Shown here: one piece after another, positions 58,465 through 64,000 of the stretch
How positions within the stretch are numbered: position 1 is the first letter of the stretch
How the letters are laid out: the number at the start of each line of letters is the position of its first letter
From: a virus
Virus record (IMG/VR): IMGVR_UViG_3300020446_000006
Span: 1 to 64,000 of that record
Strand: one strand, 5' to 3'
Length of the DNA: 64,000 nucleotides
Made by a program: the position numbers and the translations under genes
The notes under the pieces: generated by a model
Seen by the model: only the letters and a program-made list of their open reading frames with translations
What the model was told of the DNA's origin: nothing
Databases searched by the model: none

Positions 58465-59216
58465 TAAACAGCTCTCATGGTCTGAAAGTACGAACCAACA
58501 ACATCGTTAATTGCATCAGGTCGAATTACAGAAATACTTTTTAGTTTATCATTTTCTTCTATGTAATGATCGTATTGAGTTACTTCTGTAAGTAACGCAC
58601 CTGGTCCTACAGCAGGATCGATATCGACTTGTTCATTACTACTATTTTTATAATAGCGCGGCATATTATATTCAAAGCCTGTAGCGTTTACTGATATTGC
58701 TTGTGTAATACCCGAATATGTAGCTACTGAAGCCTGTTCACCTTGCTGAAATGGTTGAGGTGAATCAACAACAATTGTGCCAATATCGAGATTACGCTTA
58801 AGAATAATACCGTTACCGCTTGACTGTGCACCCACTGCTCTTTCACCGACCAAAAAGATTCCTGTTAAATCTGCTCTTGTTTCTATATATTGATGTGGAA
58901 AATCTCTTTTCACTTTATCATCAAGCTCATTTACAGAAAGTGGCCAACCGAATTGTCTAATATTATCATTCATCATAAAGAACGTCCAGTGATATGCAGG
59001 CGTACCATAAATCTTCTGTGACACAATATCCGGTCTATCATTTTCAAGAATATAATACTTACTATAAAAAGAAGCATTTTGTCTTATGTTATCAATAATA
59101 TCTACATAAGCACCGAGATCATGTGTAATCTCAAATATAGTATCTCCACCACCACTCTTTTCAAATTCATCGCCGAATTTATAATCGACTCTCGGGAAAT
59201 TTCGAAAGTATTCCAT
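58464..59216 (-). CDS. gp53: Baseplate wedge subunit
   Basis: YFRNFP.VDY, ENDRPDIVSQKIYG...HWTFFMMN, WPLS, EENDKLKSISVIRP. Confidence 0.9.
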   Translation of the reverse strand: MEYFRNFPRVDYKFGDEFEKSGGGDTIFEITHDLGAYVDIIDNIRQNASFYSKYYILENDRPDIVSQKIYGTPAYHWTFFMMNDNIRQFGWPLSVNELDDKVKRDFPHQYIETRADLTGIFLVGERAVGAQSSGNGIILKRNLDIGTIVVDSPQPFQQGEQASVATYSGITQAISVNATGFEYNMPRYYKNSSNEQVDIDPAVGPGALLTEVTQYDHYIEENDKLKSISVIRPDAINDVVGSYFQTMRAV

Positions 59217-59217
59217 C

Positions 59218-60498
59218 TTAGTGTCCCTTCTCGATATCTTCTCTTGTAAGAGCTCTGAACTCTTGGAATATCAAAGTCATTTGAATATGTGTAGCATTTC
59301 CGTCTGCATGAAATGCCATACTACCAGGATTATAAACAGTCTGAACATCTTTTAAGTGACAAAGAATTGGTTGAGGTATCGGCATTTCTGCATCACCCCA
59401 TCTGAATTTAATTTCAAAAAGATTTGGAAACTTATAACCAATCGGTATCGATGCTTCTTCTCGACCGAATGTCGAAGGATATAATTCTGTTCTAAAATGT
59501 CTTATGATTCTTTTAATTTGCTCTGCCTCAACTGCAGATGTTGCAACAAAGTCATATTGAAAAGTAAACATACGAATGTTAACACCGTTAAACACTGTAC
59601 GCTGATTAGGATTTATTTTTACTTGTAGACCAATTTGAGCTGCAGCTTCAATTCCTTGTGGTAACATTGTAGCCGCTCGAGAAGCAGCAAGCTGTGCAGC
59701 CTGTGGTCTCGAAGTATTAAATAAATCTGTCAAAGGTGCAAATGTATTATCAAGAGCAGCCTTTGCCGCATCCATTAATCCGCCTGCATTATTCAAAGCA
59801 GATAACACACCAGCTCCTGCAGCTCCAAGCTCAGGTGTTTGATAATCAACCATGTCATTCATATTCAAAGCCATTGGCATATAAAGACTGATTTGATTTG
59901 CACCAGGTACATATGATGTACGAATGCCGAGAAGACCTTTATCGGCCTGTGCTTCCGCTTTTTCTCTTTCTTTCTTTCTCTCAGAAAAATTAGCTGCCTC
60001 GCCACCTGCTGCAGACATGGCGTCTTCGTCATCGGCTAACCGAGCACGTGCTGCAGCTTCAGCGTCTGCAGTAGATTGTCCTTCATTTAATCCTTCACTT
60101 ATATTTTGTGAAGAGAAACGATCTCCACCATCTGATACACGTGCATTTTTTCCTTCTTGTTCTTTATTTAGAATGTCATATGCATCCATCAAAAGATTTT
60201 TTTCAAAGACTTGTTTTGCTGCAACTGCATCTACATCCCATGGATTAATTTGTTTCATTCGAAATGTCATACTGGCAAAATAGCTGTTTTGACTTATAGG
60301 ATAACGAAGTAATTCGCCTTGAGGCTCTGCAGCAACGACGTCTGCTCCTTGAGGTTTAGCAATTTGCTTTGTATTTACATCTCCTTGTTGTGTTGCATTG
60401 GTTGTATTTGGAACAACCGGATCTCCTGCACCACCGAATGGATCTAAATCAGCTTTTGCTTTAGCGGCTCTTGAACCCGCTGCTGTAGATAAGGCCAT
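59218..60498 (-). CDS. gp48: Baseplate tail-tube cap
   Basis: LRYP, ISLYMP, INPNQRTVFNGVNIRMFTFQYDF...EAEQIKRIIRHFR, LIFQE. Confidence 0.8.
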   Translation of the reverse strand: MALSTAAGSRAAKAKADLDPFGGAGDPVVPNTTNATQQGDVNTKQIAKPQGADVVAAEPQGELLRYPISQNSYFASMTFRMKQINPWDVDAVAAKQVFEKNLLMDAYDILNKEQEGKNARVSDGGDRFSSQNISEGLNEGQSTADAEAAARARLADDEDAMSAAGGEAANFSERKKEREKAEAQADKGLLGIRTSYVPGANQISLYMPMALNMNDMVDYQTPELGAAGAGVLSALNNAGGLMDAAKAALDNTFAPLTDLFNTSRPQAAQLAASRAATMLPQGIEAAAQIGLQVKINPNQRTVFNGVNIRMFTFQYDFVATSAVEAEQIKRIIRHFRTELYPSTFGREEASIPIGYKFPNLFEIKFRWGDAEMPIPQPILCHLKDVQTVYNPGSMAFHADGNATHIQMTLIFQEFRALTREDIEKGH

Positions 60499-60510
60499 AT
60501 TAAAATCCTC

Positions 60511-60518
60511 TATAAATA
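60511..60518 (+). promoter_or_regulatory. Late promoter TATAAATA for the gp4 block
   Basis: Exact consensus 30 nt upstream of ATG 60548. Confidence 0.8.
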
Positions 60519-60532
60519 AAAATTCGTAAAAC

Positions 60533-60540
60533 TATTTATA
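60533..60540 (-). promoter_or_regulatory. Late promoter TATAAATA for the gp48 baseplate operon
   Basis: TATTTATA on +; face-to-face with the 60511 promoter. Confidence 0.8.
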
Positions 60541-60547
60541 TGAAAAA

Positions 60548-61033
60548 ATGGCATATTCTGGAAGATATAAACCGAAGAATCTGAAGAAGTATAGAGGTGA
60601 TCCTGATAAGATTGTATATCGATCTTCATGGGAAAAGGCCTGCTTTGTATGGTGTGATCAGAATCCAAATATAAAAGGATGGTCATCAGAAGAAGTTGTA
60701 ATACCTTATCTTTGGGAAGTCGATAAGAAGATGCATCGATACTTTGTAGATCTCAAAATTATGTTTAACGACGGTAAAACAATCTTAGTAGAAATTAAAC
60801 CACAAAAAGAAACAGAATTACCGAAACGACCTGATAAATCAAAGAGATATATCGGTGAAGCAATGACATACGTCAAGAACATGAATAAGTGGGAAGCAGC
60901 AAATGAATATGCAAAGGATCGAGGCTGGGAGTTTCAGATATGGACAGAAGAAACTCTATATAGCATGAAGATACTGAAAAGATTGAAACCTCTGAAACCT
61001 CTGAAACCATACCGCAAAAAGAAGAAAAAGTGA
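60548..61033 (+). CDS. gp4: Head completion nuclease
   Basis: YSGRYKPKNLKKYRGDP..IVYRSSWE, WSSEE, HRYFVD, VEIKP, KWEAA. Confidence 0.93.
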   Translation: MAYSGRYKPKNLKKYRGDPDKIVYRSSWEKACFVWCDQNPNIKGWSSEEVVIPYLWEVDKKMHRYFVDLKIMFNDGKTILVEIKPQKETELPKRPDKSKRYIGEAMTYVKNMNKWEAANEYAKDRGWEFQIWTEETLYSMKILKRLKPLKPLKPYRKKKKK

Positions 61034-61041
61034 TATAAATA
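61034..61041 (+). promoter_or_regulatory. Late promoter TATAAATA upstream of gp2
   Basis: Exact consensus, 5 nt before ATG 61047 (possibly leaderless). Confidence 0.7.
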
Positions 61042-61046
61042 CTGTT

Positions 61047-61637
61047 ATGAGTAATCTATTCACAAAAATTGGCTATGATGCTTTTCGTGCTGGTATTAAT
61101 CCGCGCACACGTCAGTCGCGCGATTGGTTTCGTAAAAGAGTACAAAGTCTTCGTCGTATCAATCGAACAGAATTGTTACAATCAGATGAACTAAAACTTG
61201 TAAATAAATCGAATCCATTAATTGGTTCTATGAATATGTTTTTCTATGACCCAAAGCACAAAGAGACTTTGCCATACTACGATAGATTCCCGCTAATTAT
61301 CATTGTGGGCCCTGCTAAGGGTGGATTTATGGGTTTAAATCTACATTATTTGGCACCGATATTGCGCGCAAAGTTTCTTGATGAACTTCTGAATATTACA
61401 AATAATAAAAAATACGATGAGACTACACGCTTTCAAATATCATATAAAATGTTACAAGCGACAACGAAGATGAGATACTTTAAACCTTGTATCAAGCATT
61501 ATCTTTTTTCTCAGGTAAAGTCGCGACTTGCAAGAGTTCATGCACCTGAATGGGAGATTGCTACATTTTTACCGACAGCAGATTTTGCAAAAGCTTCTGC
61601 TACTAGTGTATATCGAGAATCAAGGAAGGCGATTTAA
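61047..61637 (+). CDS. gp2: DNA end protector
   Basis: FFYDPKHKETLPYYDRFPL, GLNLHYL, PCIKHYL. Confidence 0.93.
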   Translation: MSNLFTKIGYDAFRAGINPRTRQSRDWFRKRVQSLRRINRTELLQSDELKLVNKSNPLIGSMNMFFYDPKHKETLPYYDRFPLIIIVGPAKGGFMGLNLHYLAPILRAKFLDELLNITNNKKYDETTRFQISYKMLQATTKMRYFKPCIKHYLFSQVKSRLARVHAPEWEIATFLPTADFAKASATSVYRESRKAI

Positions 61638-62329
61638 TGTCTATCAATGACCTTAAAAGTATGGCATCAGGCAAACTTGGCTTTGCAAGAACAAATCAGT
61701 TTGCTGTACAACTTCCATCTGAATTTGCAGGTGGTAATCTTCTTTCTTCGATCACATCATTTGCTTTAACAGGACAAATGGGTGGTGGAGATCTAAATAT
61801 TCTATGCACACAAGCGTCATTGCCAGGCAAACAAGTACTAGTACAAGATCGTCGTATTGGTATGGAATATCAGAAGGTTGCAAATGGATATGCAGTTGAT
61901 GATGTATCATTAACCTTTTATGTGTTAAACGATTATGGAATTAAAGATTACTTTGATAATTGGTATGGTTCAGTTGTAATTGACGACTTTAGTGTAGCGC
62001 CATATAAAAGCGAATATGCACGTGATATTAAGATATTACAGTTAAGAAGACCGATTACGTCAAAGTCTTTTAATGTTGGACCTATAAATATTGGTGCAGA
62101 TATTGGAGGTGGTACTGCATATGCATGTCAACTTATCGATGCATTTCCAACCACAATACAAGCAATTGATTTAAGTAACGAATTAGATGGACTTGTACAA
62201 CTTACTGTACAACTTTCTTACACAAACTGGAAACCTGCATCTACAGGATTCCTTGGTGGTTTGATTGCACCAAACTTTGGAGTGAATTTGGGAAGTGGAA
62301 TTGGATCTTCCCTTGGCCGATTATTATAA
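61637..62329 (+). CDS. gp54: Baseplate tail-tube initiator (gp19-like fold)
   Basis: ARTNQFAV, LCTQASLPG, LTFY...YFDNW, DAFPTTIQAIDLS, LTVQLSY. Confidence 0.75.
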   Translation: MSINDLKSMASGKLGFARTNQFAVQLPSEFAGGNLLSSITSFALTGQMGGGDLNILCTQASLPGKQVLVQDRRIGMEYQKVANGYAVDDVSLTFYVLNDYGIKDYFDNWYGSVVIDDFSVAPYKSEYARDIKILQLRRPITSKSFNVGPINIGADIGGGTAYACQLIDAFPTTIQAIDLSNELDGLVQLTVQLSYTNWKPASTGFLGGLIAPNFGVNLGSGIGSSLGRLL

Positions 62330-62338
62330 GGAGTTATA

Positions 62339-63052
62339 ATGGCACTACCGCGATTGAATGAACAGCCACAGTATGAATTAACGATACCATCAACAGGACA
62401 GTTAGTACAATACAGGCCGTTTCTGGTAAAAGAGCAAAAAGTTTTGATTATGGCACTAGAGTCTCAAGATCAGAGACAGCAACTGAACGCAATATTAAAT
62501 TCAATTAATGCATGTGTTCAAGATGTTGATGTACATAAACTTGCAACGTTTGATGTTGAATATGTGTTTACGCAGATTCGTACAAAATCTGTAGGTGAAA
62601 CTACAAAAATTGTAATGAAATGTGCAGAATGTAGTGCAGACAAAACTGTATCTATCGATCTTGAGCAGGTAAAACTTGACGAAGAACCTAAAATAAAAAA
62701 TAAAGTTGTAAATCTAACAAAGGATATTTCTGTTGAATTAAAATATCCAACTTACAATGAGTTTTTAAGAAATACGAATGAACAGTCTTCTGCTGTCGAT
62801 ATGGTCTTTTCATTAATGGGTACATGTATCTCTGCAATTATATTAAATGAAGAAGAGAGAATTGATATTAAAGATGAAACACCAGAAGAGATTGAAAATT
62901 TTATTAACTCTTTAAACGCAGAGCAATTTGAGAAATTAAGAAACTTTGTTGATGAGATACCAAAGATTAGTTTAGATGTAGAATTTGAATGTGAAGCTTG
63001 TAATGCAAAGAACAAACGAACACTGGAGGGCTTAAACGATTTTTTTTCCTAA
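62339..63052 (+). CDS. gp26: Baseplate hub assembly protein
   Basis: MALPRL...YELTIPSTG...YRPFLVKEQK, IRTKSVGE, CxxC pairs, EGLNDFF. Confidence 0.92.
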   Translation: MALPRLNEQPQYELTIPSTGQLVQYRPFLVKEQKVLIMALESQDQRQQLNAILNSINACVQDVDVHKLATFDVEYVFTQIRTKSVGETTKIVMKCAECSADKTVSIDLEQVKLDEEPKIKNKVVNLTKDISVELKYPTYNEFLRNTNEQSSAVDMVFSLMGTCISAIILNEEERIDIKDETPEEIENFINSLNAEQFEKLRNFVDEIPKISLDVEFECEACNAKNKRTLEGLNDFFS

Positions 63053-63225
63053 ACCTTTCTCATGAGACGCTTGAGAATTTTTACCAGACTAATTACCAGT
63101 TGTTGCAAAATTTTAATTATTCTCTAGCTGATCTTGATAGTATGATACCATGGGAAAGGGAAATATATCTTGCAATGCTCGTAAATGAATTAAGGGAAAA
63201 AGAGTTAGCAGCAAATAGTAGGTAA
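63040..63225 (+). CDS. gp51: gp51-like baseplate hub assembly protein, apparently reached by -1 frameshift from gp26 (not in ORF track)
   Basis: Hand translation LSHETLENFYQTNYQLLQNFNYSLADLDSMIPWEREIYL...; frame open from 63004 to stop 63223-63225, with no ATG/GTG/TTG before TTG 63100. Confidence 0.8.
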   Translation, partial: FFFLNLSHETLENFYQTNYQLLQNFNYSLADLDSMIPWEREIYLAMLVNELREKELAANSR

Positions 63226-63229
63226 CGAT

Positions 63230-64000
63230 ATGGCTATTACAATTACACCCACTGGCAGAACTGGAATGAATGTTGGACTATCTGACATTGCTAGCATTCT
63301 ATCTGAGCAAAATCAAGTCTTAGCACAAACTGCAGTATCACAAGAAAAGTTAACTACTGCATTTAAAGATTATTTGACTATGTTAGCCGGCAATCAAATG
63401 GATGATCTACAAGACGAAAGACGTGCCGAAGCCGAATCAAGAAGTGAAGGTGGCAGAGGTATGTCCGGAATATCCAATGCTTTTAGTATGAGCGGAGTTG
63501 TAGGCGGAGTGGGTAGTTACATAGCTGGATTTGCGAAGCGTTTATTACCGGTAGCTCTCGGTCTTTTATTCGGTGATGAGTTGTTAAATGGCATAAGAGC
63601 AGCAATTAATAAGTATTTTGAAAAAGATATATCTGGCGATGTATTTGATGCAATTAAATTAGCTGTTGTAGGTGGTCTCGGTGGATTCTTATTTGGCGGA
63701 GTAAAAGGCGGATTGTATGGTATGCTATTCGGTGTGATGTTCTCGCCGATGGTAAGACAAAAAATTGCTGATGGGTTAGAAACAATTCTAGGCAGAGAAA
63801 TTGACGCAACCGATCCTGCTACATTTGTCACAGCTGGAGCAATTGCTCTTTTACTTCCTGCTGCAATTAAAGCCGCTTTACCGAGTCTACTTGGATTTTT
63901 ATTCTCTCCTACTGGTTTACTTGTTGTAGCCGCAGGATTAACAGCAACTGCTGCATTCAAATATTATACTGACGATAAGTTCAGAGCTGAGATTGATAAA
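63230..64000 (+). CDS. Probable tape measure protein (gp29-like), runs off window edge (not in ORF track)
   Basis: Open frame from ATG 63230 (MAITITPTGRTGMNVGL...) with G/A/L-rich hydrophobic helices; follows gp26-gp51. Confidence 0.6.
   Translation, partial: MAITITPTGRTGMNVGLSDIASILSEQNQVLAQTAVSQEKLTTAFKDYLTMLAGNQMDDLQDERRAEAESRSEGGRGMSGISNAFSMSGVVGGVGSYIAGFAKRLLPVALGLLFGDELLNGIRAAINKYFEKDISGDVFDAIKLAVVGGLGGFLFGGVKGGLYGMLFGVMFSPMVRQKIADGLETILGREIDATDPATFVTAGAIALLLPAAIKAALPSLLGFLFSPTGLLVVAAGLTATAAFKYYTDDKFRAEIDK

Noticed and set aside
60984-61008. Short tandem repeat TGAAACCTC x ~3
   Set aside because: Encodes LKPLKPLKP in the basic gp4 tail; too short for an array or regulatory repeat.
60548-61033. 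TnsA-like endonuclease suggesting a mobile element
   Set aside because: This is the core T4 gp4 head completion protein in its expected context.
185-63960. Numerous short ORFs antisense to or nested in long genes (for example 4679-4990, 10186-10566, 39178-39558, 56650-57099, 63517-63960)
   Set aside because: Shadow frames of well-supported genes; no RBS or promoter context and no recognisable motifs.
1-64000. tRNA, rRNA, CRISPR array or stop-codon reassignment
   Set aside because: Intergenic gaps are too short and show no such structure; core genes are intact under the standard code, with TAA, TAG and TGA all used as stops.

Overview
This window is the virion morphogenesis region of a T4-like (T4-superfamily, marine-type) myophage. 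Mostly on the minus strand it carries the head genes (gp23, gp22, gp21, gp67-like, gp20), tail and neck genes (gp19, gp18, gp15, gp14, gp13, gp3), terminase (gp17, gp16), baseplate genes (gp8, gp9/10-like, gp7-like, gp6, gp25, split gp5, gp53, gp48), a split VrlC-like protein, long fibres and three paralogous beta-propeller proteins. At the right end a plus-strand block holds gp4, gp2, gp54, gp26, gp51 and a probable tape measure gene. T4 late promoters (TATAAATA) punctuate the region. A 12-gene plus-strand enzyme cassette (27814-37606) sits in the middle of the fibre genes behind a late-type promoter. It encodes three nitroreductase-fold proteins, about four glycosyltransferase-like proteins, a DegT aminotransferase, a radical SAM enzyme, an SGNH protein, a carbamoyltransferase and a methyltransferase-like protein. 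Predicted surface-exposed virion proteins, and only the variable or outer parts of gp23, gp18, gp15 and gp14, are strongly enriched in the dipeptide Asp-Ser, while internal and non-virion proteins are not. The main hypothesis is a phage-encoded, sequon-directed virion modification (probably O-glycosylation) system. The second notable signal is a candidate programmed -1 frameshift fusing gp26 to gp51 just upstream of the tape measure gene, like lambda G/G-T. All calls come from motif recognition and synteny by eye; no searches were run and all counts are by hand.
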